A stretch of DNA of 45,982 bases from Candidatus Kaiserbacteria bacterium (GCA_027066795.1 JAMONA010000013.1:1-45982); one strand, 5' to 3'; positions 36,943-45,982 are shown, numbered from the stretch's first letter. Notes: generated by a model not told the origin, from the letters alone. Translations and numbers: made by a program.

Positions 36943-37905
36943 ATGACACAAGCACAAAACGATATATTGGATTTAATAATAATAGGTGGTGGACCTGCAG
37001 GAGTTACTGGTGGTATATATGCTGCCCGTAAGAAGTTAAAGACAGTTTTGATAACTGGCGAATTTGGTGGGCAGAGCAACGTCTCACCAGACATACAAAA
37101 CTGGATAGGTACACCTCATATTTCTGGTGCAGATTTAGCTAAAAACTTAGAGAAGCACCTAAGGGAGTATGAGAGCACTGAGCAAAATGAAACCACTCTC
37201 ATAATAGAACACCCTAGTCTGGCTGCAAAAGTAGAAAAAACTAATGACATTTTTAAAGTAACTACCAGTAATGGCACCGAGCACAATGCTAAGGCATTAC
37301 TCTATACAGCTGGCTCAGTTAGGCGCAAGCTACCCGCCAAGGGCGCTGACGAGTACGAGCATAAGGGGTTAACATATTGTGCCACTTGTGACGGACCACT
37401 CTTTACAGGGAGAGACTTGGTAGTGATAGGTGGCGGAGACGCCGCTTTTGAGACAGCAGCGCAACTACTAGAGTACGCCAAGAGCGTAACTTTGCTAAAC
37501 CGCACAGATAAGCTCTCTGCAGACGCCGTAACTATAGAGAAGGTCTCTGCACACCCTAATATGACGGTTATAACAAATGCCGACACTACGGAGGTACTTG
37601 GTGATGCCATGGTCACAGGTGTGAAGTATAAAAATACCGAGACTGCCGAAGAACACTCTCTTGAGTGTGGTGGTATATTTGTAGAGATAGGTATGATACC
37701 TAACACTGAGATTCTTAAAAATATAAATGATGTGCTAGACACTAGGGGTCGCATAGAGGTAGACCCATGGACCCAGCAGACTAAGGTAACAGGCTTGTGG
37801 GCCGCTGGAGATTGTACCAATGTCCGCTACCACCAAAATGGAATTGCCATGGGTGATGCTACTAAGGCTATCGAGGATATCTATAGTGTGCTTAAGACTA
37901 AGTAA
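36943..37905 (+). CDS. Thioredoxin reductase / AhpF C-terminal-like disulfide reductase
   Basis: GGGPAG, CATCDG, GGGD.A and AAGD. Confidence 0.9.
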   Translation: MTQAQNDILDLIIIGGGPAGVTGGIYAARKKLKTVLITGEFGGQSNVSPDIQNWIGTPHISGADLAKNLEKHLREYESTEQNETTLIIEHPSLAAKVEKTNDIFKVTTSNGTEHNAKALLYTAGSVRRKLPAKGADEYEHKGLTYCATCDGPLFTGRDLVVIGGGDAAFETAAQLLEYAKSVTLLNRTDKLSADAVTIEKVSAHPNMTVITNADTTEVLGDAMVTGVKYKNTETAEEHSLECGGIFVEIGMIPNTEILKNINDVLDTRGRIEVDPWTQQTKVTGLWAAGDCTNVRYHQNGIAMGDATKAIEDIYSVLKTK

Positions 37906-37955
37906 CCGTAGCAAAACAACTATTCTCTAACAGGAATCAATTAACTCGCCTAACT

Positions 37956-37989
37956 AAATAAAGCCTTGAGTAAACTCAAGGCTTTATTT
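37956..37989. terminator. Bidirectional intrinsic terminator
   Basis: AAATAAAGCCTTGAGT-aa-ACTCAAGGCTTTATTT between the convergent reductase gene and tRNA-Ser. Confidence 0.85.
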
Positions 37990-37994
37990 TAATG

Positions 37995-38081
37995 CGGAGA
38001 GTGAGGGATTCGAACCCTCGAAGGAGTCTCCCCCTTACACCCTTAGCAAGGGTGCGCTTTCAGCCACTCAGCCAACTCTCC
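37995..38081 (-). tRNA. tRNA-Ser(GCT)
   Basis: GGAGAGT/ACTCTCC acceptor with G73, anticodon arm CACCC-TTGCTAA-GGGTG, long variable arm and GTTCGAATC. Confidence 0.97.
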
Positions 38082-38143
38082 ATTTATTTTACTGTGGCAC
38101 AATATTACCACAATTTTTAATCTATGCTAATATATTAACTATC

Positions 38144-39418
38144 ATGAATAAGGTAAACACAAAAACATTAAAGGGCTTTAAAGAGCTATTGCCAGCCGAG
38201 CAGATGGCTTTTAACAAAATGCTCGAGACTATCCGTAAGACATATGAGCTATACGGCTTCATACCATTAGACACACCTGTACTCGAGCGTGCAGAGGCAC
38301 TACTTGCAAAAGCTGGTGGAGAGACAGAGCAACAAATATACCAGTTTACAAAAGGTAAAACAGACTACGCAATGCGCTTTGACCTTACGGTGCCTCTAGC
38401 CCGCTTTGTGGCCGAACACGAGCGTGAGCTCACATTCCCCTTCCGACGTTATGCTATAGGCAAGGTATACCGCGGAGAGCGCCCACAAGCTGGCCGCCTG
38501 CGTGAATTTCACCAATGTGATATTGATATCATAGGCAAAGGTGACTTGGCACTAAGTGCGGACGCCGAACTACCTAATATAATCAGTAGTATCTTTACTA
38601 AGATACTACCTAACAATACTAAGTTTACTATCAGAATCAATAACCGTAAAATACTAAACGGCCTATTTGAATGGCTAAACATAGACGGTGTAGCTGCCAT
38701 GCGCATACTAGACAAGCTAGATAAAATCGGTATTGACGGTATCTCTAAAGAATTATCCGAGATAGGTGTAGAACAAAACAAGATAGACTCTATAATAAGC
38801 TTCTCTGAGATTACTGGCACTAACGAGGAGATCCTAGGACAACTAAAAGCTATGACTATTGATAATAAGGCGTTTCAAGATGGTGTAACAGAGCTGCAAC
38901 AAGTATCTTCAAGCATGACCCAGATAGACCTCTCTATAGCCAGAGGGCTCGCTTACTATACTGGCACAGTGTACGAGACCACACTTGACCAATATCCTCA
39001 GGTAGGCTCAATATGCAGTGGCGGCAGGTACGAGGACTTGGCAGGCACTTATACAAACTCCCTATTACCTGGAGTAGGTATCTCTATAGGCCTCTCCCGC
39101 CTCTTTGACCAGCTTAAGACCCTTGAACTACTAGAGCTAGGTGCGAGTACTCCTACTAAAGTGCTTATACTTAGTATAGATGAAGACGTTAAGGCTAAAC
39201 TAGCAAGTGAGTTACGCGATAATGGAATACCAACAGAGACTCAAGCATTAAACAAACTAGACAAGCAGCTCAAATATGCAAACAAGCTTGGTATACCCAA
39301 GGTCATAATCATAGGCAATGATGAAGTTGCTAAAAAGCAGTACTCTCTTAAAGATATGGTTACTGGCGAGCAGCAAACACTTACCAAGGTAGATATTTTA
39401 AGTAACCTCTTATTATGA
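38144..39418 (+). CDS. hisS: Histidine--tRNA ligase
   Basis: RFDLTVPLAR, YRGERPQ.GR.REF.Q, RGL.YYTG and GGRY. Confidence 0.97.
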   Translation: MNKVNTKTLKGFKELLPAEQMAFNKMLETIRKTYELYGFIPLDTPVLERAEALLAKAGGETEQQIYQFTKGKTDYAMRFDLTVPLARFVAEHERELTFPFRRYAIGKVYRGERPQAGRLREFHQCDIDIIGKGDLALSADAELPNIISSIFTKILPNNTKFTIRINNRKILNGLFEWLNIDGVAAMRILDKLDKIGIDGISKELSEIGVEQNKIDSIISFSEITGTNEEILGQLKAMTIDNKAFQDGVTELQQVSSSMTQIDLSIARGLAYYTGTVYETTLDQYPQVGSICSGGRYEDLAGTYTNSLLPGVGISIGLSRLFDQLKTLELLELGASTPTKVLILSIDEDVKAKLASELRDNGIPTETQALNKLDKQLKYANKLGIPKVIIIGNDEVAKKQYSLKDMVTGEQQTLTKVDILSNLLL

Positions 39419-40011
39419 CAGATAACTCAGATGACCTACGCTACATAATATTTGATATAGAGACACAAAACACCTTTGACCAAGTTGGAAGCCGAGATGC
39501 TACTGCTCTTAGCATCTCCCTGTTAGTAACCTGGGATTCTAAGACAAAAGAGTATTCTAGTTACCTAGAAAGTGAACTTGACCAGCTATGGCCAATATTA
39601 GAGCAAACAGATATGCTAATAGGCTACAACTCTGACCACTTTGATATACCCTTATTAAATAAATACTACCCTGGAGATTTAACTGCTATAAAAAGCCTAG
39701 ACTTACTAAAAGAGATACACAAGGTGTTAGGTCGCAGACTCAGGTTAGACGATGTAGCTGCCGCTACACTAGGAACCAAAAAGAGTGGTAGCGGTTTAGA
39801 CGCTATACGTTGGTGGCAAGCCGGAGAGATAGAAAAAATACGTAAATATTGCCAGAAAGACGTAGAGATAACCAAAAGACTCTTCGACTACATGTTAGAA
39901 AATAACTCTGTAAAGTATAAGGACTTTAATAAAAAGAAAGAGTTGGAAATAGATACAACAGACTGGTTAAAGCCCGAGAGCTTTGCCCTTACCCACACAA
40001 TGGGGTTTTAG
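39415..40011 (+). CDS. RNase H-like DEDD exonuclease (YprB/RNase_H_2-like)
   Basis: FDIET, GYN…FD.P and YC..DV..T. ATGA overlap with hisS. Confidence 0.82.
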   Translation: MTDNSDDLRYIIFDIETQNTFDQVGSRDATALSISLLVTWDSKTKEYSSYLESELDQLWPILEQTDMLIGYNSDHFDIPLLNKYYPGDLTAIKSLDLLKEIHKVLGRRLRLDDVAAATLGTKKSGSGLDAIRWWQAGEIEKIRKYCQKDVEITKRLFDYMLENNSVKYKDFNKKKELEIDTTDWLKPESFALTHTMGF

Positions 40012-40080
40012 CCAACCATACCAATTATATTTATGTGTTACAATGTACAGGCTTAATAAAAATTAATTATATTTAATAGT

Positions 40081-40812
40081 ATGGAAAATAATACAAACCA
40101 GAATAGCTACGCTGTACCCGTAGCAATAGTCATAGCAGGTGCTCTTATAGCAGGTGCACTATACTTCGTAAGTACTCAGTCTAAAGTAACCAGTGGCATA
40201 CAACTACCGCAAGCTGGCAGCGCTGCTCAAGAGCGTGTTGATATACGAGGCGTGCAAGCAGACGACCACATAATAGGTAACCCTAATGCAGATTTAGTTA
40301 TAGTAGAGTTCTCAGATACTGAGTGCCCATTTTGTGCACGATTCCACACGACTATGCAGCAAGTTATGGATGAGTTCGGCGAGAGTGGTAAGGTTGCATG
40401 GGTATACCGTAACTTCCCTCTTACAAGCCTACACTCTAAGGCAGTACCTGAGGCAATAGCCCTAGAGTGTGCCGCAGAGCTTGGAGGTAACGATTCATTT
40501 TGGGAGTATACAAACATGTTATATAAAAATACACCCAGTAACGACGGCTTAGACTTGGCCAAGTTACCAGAGTTTGCGGCAGCAGTAGGTCTTGACGTAG
40601 ATGCATTCAATACATGTAGACAAGATGAAAAAATTGCAGCACGTGTACAAGAAGACTTTGATGAGGCTGTGGCATCAGGAGGACAAGGTACTCCATACAA
40701 CGTACTCTTATACAAAGGACAGCAAATACCTGTAGAGGGAGGCTTACCATATGAAGACACTAATGGTAACCCAGGTATGAAAAGCATAATAGAGCAAGTA
40801 TTAGCACAATAA
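40081..40812 (+). CDS. Membrane-anchored DsbA-family thiol-disulfide oxidoreductase
   Basis: TM anchor, EFSD.ECPFC, R.FPL and GTP. Confidence 0.9.
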   Translation: MENNTNQNSYAVPVAIVIAGALIAGALYFVSTQSKVTSGIQLPQAGSAAQERVDIRGVQADDHIIGNPNADLVIVEFSDTECPFCARFHTTMQQVMDEFGESGKVAWVYRNFPLTSLHSKAVPEAIALECAAELGGNDSFWEYTNMLYKNTPSNDGLDLAKLPEFAAAVGLDVDAFNTCRQDEKIAARVQEDFDEAVASGGQGTPYNVLLYKGQQIPVEGGLPYEDTNGNPGMKSIIEQVLAQ

Positions 40813-40834
40813 CAATACAGACAGCTATTGCACT

Positions 40835-40859
40835 AAAGCCGCACAACATGCGGCTTTTT
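40835..40859 (+). terminator. Intrinsic terminator
   Basis: AAAGCCGCA-caaca-TGCGGCTTTTT. Confidence 0.75.
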
Positions 40860-40891
40860 GCATTTATAGCTCTTAGTGGTAAGATTGCATA

Positions 40892-43036
40892 ATGTCAGTA
40901 CCAGATAAATTCTTAAAGCCATACAACCCAAACTCGGTAGAGGATGGGTTGTACAAAATGTGGGAAGATTCTGGATACTTTAACCCAGATAATTTACCGA
41001 AAATAAGTGGCGAAGCGCGCGTGGAGACTTGGTGTACCATAATGCCGCCACCTAATGCTAATGGCCGCTTGCACGCTGGACACGGTACAGACTTAACCCT
41101 TAAAGACATAATGACACGCTACCATCGTATGGTCGGCAAAAAAACACTTATGTTGCCAGGCTCAGACCATGCAGGTTTTGAAACTCAGAGTGTATTTGAG
41201 AAAAAGTTACAAAAAGAAGGCCGTTCACGTTTTGGCATGAGCAACAATGAGTTGTATAGTGAAATATACGATTTTGTAATGGAGAGCAAGCACATAATGG
41301 AGGGCGACGTACGTAAACTTGGTACAAGCTGTGACTGGTCTCGTAATACATTTACACTAGACGACCATGTAGTTAGTGGCGTAAAAGATACTTTTAAAAA
41401 AATGTACGACGATGGCCTGGTATACAGAGGCAAGCGCAGCATACATTGGAATCCTAAGTTTAAAACATCACTCTCTGATATAGAGACTAAATTTGAAGAC
41501 CGTAAAGACCCTTTCTACTATTTTCAATACGGCCCATTTGTAATAGGTACATCTCGTCCGGAGACTAAATTTGGAGACAAGTATGTTGTAATGCACCCAG
41601 ATGACAAAAGATATAAAGACTATAAACACGGAGATACATTTGAGTGTGAGTGGATAAATGGCAAAATAACAGCAACCATAATAAAAGACGAAGCTGGAGA
41701 CCCGGAGATGGGTAGTGGAGTAATGACAATAACACCATGGCACTCGCAAGTAGACTTCGATATAGCTCAGAGACACAACCTAGATTATGAACAGATAATA
41801 GACTGGGATGGTAAATTAATGGATATAGCTGACGAATTTGCAGGGAAAAAGATACACATGGCTCGTGAAGACATAGTAAAGAAGCTAGACGACAAGGGTC
41901 TATTAGTAAAAGTTGACAAGGATTATGAGCATGCCGTTCGTATATGTGAGCGTACTGGAGTTGTAGTAGAGCCACAAATCAAAGACCAATGGTTTATAAA
42001 GATGGAGCCACTTGCCAAAAAAGTGCTATCTGCACTAGATAACGGAAAAGTTAAGATATTGACTAGTAAACATGAGAACATGCTAAGGCACTGGATGAAC
42101 AATACTATAGACTGGAACATCTCTAGACAGATAGTTTGGGGTATACAAATACCAGCATGGTTTAAAAATAAAGGAACTAAAGACGAAGAAGTAATAATAT
42201 CTAAGAACAAACCTGACGGAGAAGGATGGGAGCAAGATGTAGATACGTTTGACACTTGGTTCTCTAGTGGGCAGTGGCCACTTATGACTTTAGGGTACCC
42301 AGACAGTAAAGACATGGAATACTACCCTACAACAGTCATGGAGACTGGTGCAGACCTAGTATTCAAGTGGGTACCAAGGATGATAATGTTTGGTACTTAC
42401 CTAACGGGCAAGGTGCCATTTAAGACAGTCTACTTCCATGGCATGGTACTAGATGCCAAAGGTAAAAAAATGAGTAAAAGTAAAGGCAATACACTGTCTC
42501 CTATTGAACTTGCCGAGGAGTTTGGTACAGATGCCACACGTATGTCATTTGTAGTCTCTAATGCACCTGGTGCAGACATGCCTCTGTCTCAAGACAAAGT
42601 ACGGGCTTACAAGAAGTTTGCCAACAAGATATGGAACATAACACGGTTTATACTTACAGAAACCGATGATATAGATATAAACACCAAGCCGACCCTCACA
42701 GACACAGATGTAAAGCTACTAAGCGAACTACAAGAGACGGCAGACTTTATAGCAGACCATATAGAACGCTATAGACTAGATCTAGCCGCAGACAAGGCAT
42801 ATCACTACATATGGCATGAGCTCGCCGATAACATACTAGAAGCCAGTAAAGACATCCTTAAGGTGGACGATTCTGAGGCAAAATTATCCCGCCAATATAC
42901 TCTGTATACCATACTTGTCACTACCCTTAAGATGTTACATCCATTTATGCCATTTATAACTGAAGAAATATGGCAAAGTCTTCCACATAAAGAGTCCGAT
43001 ATGCTTATGGTGGCCCAGTGGCCCGTGGTAGAATAA
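40892..43036 (+). CDS. valS: Valine--tRNA ligase (short form)
   Basis: PPPNANG.LHAGH, DHAG, RPET, W.ISRQ..WG, DTWFSS, KMSKSKGN and LHPFMPFITEE. Confidence 0.95.
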   Translation: MSVPDKFLKPYNPNSVEDGLYKMWEDSGYFNPDNLPKISGEARVETWCTIMPPPNANGRLHAGHGTDLTLKDIMTRYHRMVGKKTLMLPGSDHAGFETQSVFEKKLQKEGRSRFGMSNNELYSEIYDFVMESKHIMEGDVRKLGTSCDWSRNTFTLDDHVVSGVKDTFKKMYDDGLVYRGKRSIHWNPKFKTSLSDIETKFEDRKDPFYYFQYGPFVIGTSRPETKFGDKYVVMHPDDKRYKDYKHGDTFECEWINGKITATIIKDEAGDPEMGSGVMTITPWHSQVDFDIAQRHNLDYEQIIDWDGKLMDIADEFAGKKIHMAREDIVKKLDDKGLLVKVDKDYEHAVRICERTGVVVEPQIKDQWFIKMEPLAKKVLSALDNGKVKILTSKHENMLRHWMNNTIDWNISRQIVWGIQIPAWFKNKGTKDEEVIISKNKPDGEGWEQDVDTFDTWFSSGQWPLMTLGYPDSKDMEYYPTTVMETGADLVFKWVPRMIMFGTYLTGKVPFKTVYFHGMVLDAKGKKMSKSKGNTLSPIELAEEFGTDATRMSFVVSNAPGADMPLSQDKVRAYKKFANKIWNITRFILTETDDIDINTKPTLTDTDVKLLSELQETADFIADHIERYRLDLAADKAYHYIWHELADNILEASKDILKVDDSEAKLSRQYTLYTILVTTLKMLHPFMPFITEEIWQSLPHKESDMLMVAQWPVVE

Positions 43037-43040
43037 CTCT

Positions 43041-43745
43041 ATGGAAATCACTCACATACTGCTTGCTTTAATGGGTGGTGTCTTGCCTACTTGCTTATGG
43101 CTATGGTTCTGGACTCGTGAAGACAGGTTACACCCTGAGCCTAAGAGGCTATTACTACTAGCATTTTTAGCTGGTGGCATGACGGTAGCCATAGCTATAC
43201 CCCTACAGCATCTCACTCGTACATTACTAGGTAGTAACATAGGTGCCGAGGTCATAGTAGCCTGGGCCGGTATCGAAGAGGTATTAAAGTATCTCGCAGC
43301 TCTTTCTTTAATATTATGGCGTAAGGCCGTAAATGAGCCTATAGACGTACTAATATACATGCTCACCATAGCATTAGGCTTCTCTGCTGTAGAGAATTCC
43401 CTCTTCTTGATAAACCCGATAATGAATGACGGCATAGTAAACACTGTCATAACTGGCAACTTTCGCTTCTTCGGTGCTACGTTACTACACTTACTATCAT
43501 CGTCTATTATAGGTGTAAGCTTAGCTCTTTCATTTTATAAAGACTACTCTACCCGTGTCACATATACTATAATAGGAGTTATCCTTGCCATAGTTTTGCA
43601 TGCTGCCTTTAACTTGTTTATACTTAACAGTGATGGCAATGGTATAATAAAAATATTCGCATTAGTATGGCTAGGCATAGTTGTACTCCTATTGTTTTTC
43701 GAGAAGATAAAGCAAATGCGAATATTACCTTCAAATAAAAATTAA
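43041..43745 (+). CDS. PrsW-family intramembrane protease
   Basis: D…PEP, EE..K, GF…EN, H, and H..FN. Confidence 0.88.
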   Translation: MEITHILLALMGGVLPTCLWLWFWTREDRLHPEPKRLLLLAFLAGGMTVAIAIPLQHLTRTLLGSNIGAEVIVAWAGIEEVLKYLAALSLILWRKAVNEPIDVLIYMLTIALGFSAVENSLFLINPIMNDGIVNTVITGNFRFFGATLLHLLSSSIIGVSLALSFYKDYSTRVTYTIIGVILAIVLHAAFNLFILNSDGNGIIKIFALVWLGIVVLLLFFEKIKQMRILPSNKN

Positions 43746-43764
43746 TAATATAAAATCTATAATT

Positions 43765-44286
43765 ATGTGGAAACCTAAATTTTTAAAAAAACTCAGCGAC
43801 AGTGTTTATATCGATGAATACGATGACTCTTTCAACGAACACGATGATATACTGCACAATCCTAATAATACAGACGACGGTATGGTGACTATGGGTCAAC
43901 ACATATCTTTAAAGGACTCTAACGACGGCGTTGACATACAAGAGGAAGAAATTGTTACAAATGAACTAACCGTAGACGTGTACCAAACTCCAGATGAAAT
44001 AGTTCTACGTACTATGATAGCAGGCGTGCAGCCACATAATATCGACATATCTTTAACTAGAGACATGATAACGATTACAGGTTCTAAAGAGGACGTTAAA
44101 GAGGTTACTGAAGATGATTACTTTTACCGCGAGTTATCTTGGGGCTCATTTACAAGGACCATCATGCTACCCGCAGAAGTAGAGGTAGATGAGGCCGATG
44201 CACAAGAAAAGCACGGTGTACTAACAATAAGACTACCTAAAATTAATAAAGAACGTCAAGCAAAGATAAAAGTAAAAAGTCACTAA
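43765..44286 (+). CDS. Small heat shock protein (Hsp20/alpha-crystallin)
   Basis: VDVY.T, RE…G.F.R.I.LP and GVL.I.LPK. Confidence 0.92.
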   Translation: MWKPKFLKKLSDSVYIDEYDDSFNEHDDILHNPNNTDDGMVTMGQHISLKDSNDGVDIQEEEIVTNELTVDVYQTPDEIVLRTMIAGVQPHNIDISLTRDMITITGSKEDVKEVTEDDYFYRELSWGSFTRTIMLPAEVEVDEADAQEKHGVLTIRLPKINKERQAKIKVKSH

Positions 44287-44332
44287 TGACAAAATAAATA
44301 TTTGTGATAATATAACGCAACCACTGTAATAT

Positions 44333-44406
44333 GCTCGGGTAGCTCAGTTGGTTAGAGCACTTGATTGAAGCTCAAGGTGTCGGCAGTTCGAGTCTGCCTC
44401 CGAGCA
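44333..44406 (+). tRNA. tRNA-Phe(GAA)
   Basis: GCTCGGG/TCCGAGC acceptor, anticodon arm CTTGA-TTGAAGC-TCAAG and GTTCGAGTC. Confidence 0.96.
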
Positions 44407-44410
44407 CAAA

Positions 44411-45193
44411 CTATCTCGTTACCGTACCGGTAACGAGATTTTTAAATAAAATAGCAACCGTCATTGGGCCTATACCTCCTGGAGTCCTAGAAAATATGCT
44501 TGCCAACTCTTCGCACTCCATGGCAATATCCCCCACTAAGTTGCCAGCTTGTGTGCTTGTACCAGCGTCTAGTAGTACCACACCCTCTTTCAGCATATCT
44601 TTAGTTATTAAATTTGGTACTCCTGCACCACTTACTATAATGTCACTGTTTCTACATAGTTCTATCAGCTCCTCCTTACTAACACTGTTATCTATGGAGG
44701 TTACTTCTGCCTCCATCTCTGCCAATAACTTGGCCACAGGCTTACCTACTAGCTTGCCCTCACCAACTACCAGGACCTTCTTACCACTTACAATTATCTT
44801 TTCTAGGTTTATAATCTCTTTAATAGCCCCTGCCACCGGAGTAAGGTAGGCACTACTCGTAGCCAAGCCGTCTACATCTAAGTTACTGGGCACACTGTCT
44901 AGCACCCTCTGTGTATCCATGTGTAGTGGTAACGGTAGCTGCACTACTATTCCATCAGCCTCACTAATTACACCCCTTATAATGTGTATTAGCTCAGCCT
45001 CTGTAATATCATCACTAAATCTATGTTCCACAAACTGTACGTTAATTTTCTCTGCAAAAATCTTTTTATACTTTACAAAACTCTCTATCACTGGGTCTTC
45101 TCCCACTATAAATATATGCAAGCTTAACCCCGCTGCATTGTCAATTAATTCAGATTGTATGTCTTTAGCTATTTGTCTACCGTCTATTATCAT
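44411..45193 (-). CDS. folD: Methylenetetrahydrofolate dehydrogenase/cyclohydrolase
   Basis: MIIDGR, GIVVQLPLP, DVDG, VGKP and PGGIGPMTVA.L..N. ATG at 45193 preferred as start. Confidence 0.93.
   Translation of the reverse strand: MIIDGRQIAKDIQSELIDNAAGLSLHIFIVGEDPVIESFVKYKKIFAEKINVQFVEHRFSDDITEAELIHIIRGVISEADGIVVQLPLPLHMDTQRVLDSVPSNLDVDGLATSSAYLTPVAGAIKEIINLEKIIVSGKKVLVVGEGKLVGKPVAKLLAEMEAEVTSIDNSVSKEELIELCRNSDIIVSGAGVPNLITKDMLKEGVVLLDAGTSTQAGNLVGDIAMECEELASIFSRTPGGIGPMTVAILFKNLVTGTVTR
44413..44444 (+). terminator. Terminator after tRNA-Phe, embedded in the folD 3' end
   Basis: ATCTCGTTACCG-tac-CGGTAACGAGAT followed by a T run. Confidence 0.75.
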
Positions 45194-45212
45194 AATACTA
45201 GATACTACATGC

Positions 45213-45462
45213 AAAAAAAATAACCGCAACTGCAGTTATTTAAAGATATAAAATAGAGGGGCAAAGTAGGATTATCGCTTGAGGTTGTTGTTATCAACAA
45301 TAACAATTATACAACCAAGCTACCTAGCTTTACCCCTCCAGCATGATCCCACATCCAAGTATAGAACGGCCACACTGACACTCTCTTGTTCTTTATTATG
45401 CAAATTGGCAAGTTTGAGTCCTGCAAAAGCCTCACAAAATACATACAACACAAGATGTGTGC
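45213..45462 (-). ncRNA. Candidate structured sRNA or small-ORF transcript (about 250 nt)
   Basis: TTGCAT-N17-TATAAA promoter (45497-45469), about 85-nt bulged rod at 45255-45339, and terminator AAATAACTGCAGTTGCGGTTATTTTTTTT. Confidence 0.5.
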
Positions 45463-45485
45463 TCAAAATTTATACCACTAATCTA

Positions 45486-45982
45486 CTATGAATGCAAGAA
45501 CTCCATTACGTCTCCATCTTGCACTACATAGTCCTTACCCTCTGTACGCACAGTACCCTGCTCTTTAGCGGTCGCTTTAGAACCTGCCCTAAGTAGTTCA
45601 TCGGTGCCTATCACCTGTGCACGTATAAATTTATCCTTAAAGTCATTATGTATGGCTGCACCTGCCTCTGGTGCAGTGCTACCTCTCCTTATTGTCCAGG
45701 CTCGTGTTTCCTTCTCTCCTACTGTAAAGAAGCTTATTAGGTCTAACAGCTCATACCCCTTACGTATAAGAGCATCTAGCCCGCTCTCAAGCACCCCAAA
45801 CTCTCGCCTAAAGTCTTGCTTGTCTTCCTCTGATACATCTGAAAGCTCTGCTTCTACACCAGCATCCACGTGGACATAACTTGCTCCTGCAGAATCTAAA
45901 AAGTCTTTAAGTTCAGCAAACCTACCATCATCCTGATTATCTAAGTTTAACGCCTCACTCTTAGAGTTGAGTATGTACATAA
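45486..45982 (-). CDS. ychF: Redox-regulated ATPase YchF (5'-truncated by window edge)
   Basis: SFFTVGEKETRAWT, AP.AG..IH.DF…FIRA and EGKDYVVQDGDV. Confidence 0.95.
   Translation of the reverse strand, partial: MYILNSKSEALNLDNQDDGRFAELKDFLDSAGASYVHVDAGVEAELSDVSEEDKQDFRREFGVLESGLDALIRKGYELLDLISFFTVGEKETRAWTIRRGSTAPEAGAAIHNDFKDKFIRAQVIGTDELLRAGSKATAKEQGTVRTEGKDYVVQDGDVMEFLHS

Noticed and set aside
35865..37094. 409-aa antisense ORF opposite ftsZ
   Set aside because: Shadow frame of a conserved gene, with Ser/Ile-rich composition and no motif.
44361..44849. 162-aa + strand ORF
   Set aside because: Starts inside tRNA-Phe and is antisense to folD.
45279..45491. 70-aa + strand ORF between folD and ychF
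   Set aside because: TTG start with no SD or promoter. The promoter, terminator and G.U pairs all point to the minus strand.
1..45982. Genetic code 25 (TGA=Gly)
   Set aside because: Long conserved genes are intact under code 11 with no in-frame TGA.

Overview
A 46-kb, AT-rich, gene-dense chromosomal segment that looks like a Patescibacteria (CPR, probably Parcubacteria) genome. This is inferred from the streamlined aminoacyl-tRNA synthetases, the class II RNR, the scattered dcw genes and the leaderless gene starts. It holds about 48 CDS, mostly housekeeping: gltX, tyrS, pheST, hisS, valS, rpmA, rplI, frr, dnaJ, mraZ-rsmH-ftsL-ftsI, ddl-murF-murB, mreB, ftsZ, nrdJ, a UvrD-nuclease fusion, folD and ychF. 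It also has three tRNAs (Ala-TGC, Ser-GCT, Phe-GAA). I see no CRISPR array, transposase or integrase. The unusual signal is mostly non-coding. (1) Three promoter-to-terminator units fold into long stems and carry no convincing ORF; these are candidate new ncRNAs, two of which bracket nrdJ. (2) A 49-bp near-identical inverted repeat pair (20824-20872 / 27475-27523) encloses ddl-murF-murB-rplI-nrdJ. (3) A 1320-bp islet, flanked by a 38-bp direct repeat of a host gene's 3' end, encodes a Zn-knuckle/DUF1699-like/sigma70-r4 protein. (4) A palindromic element attached to tRNA-Ala carries an antisense copy of the tRNA 3' end. (5) There is a dif-like site. (6) TGA stops are almost completely avoided and leaderless promoters are widespread. 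All assignments were made by eye, without database searches.
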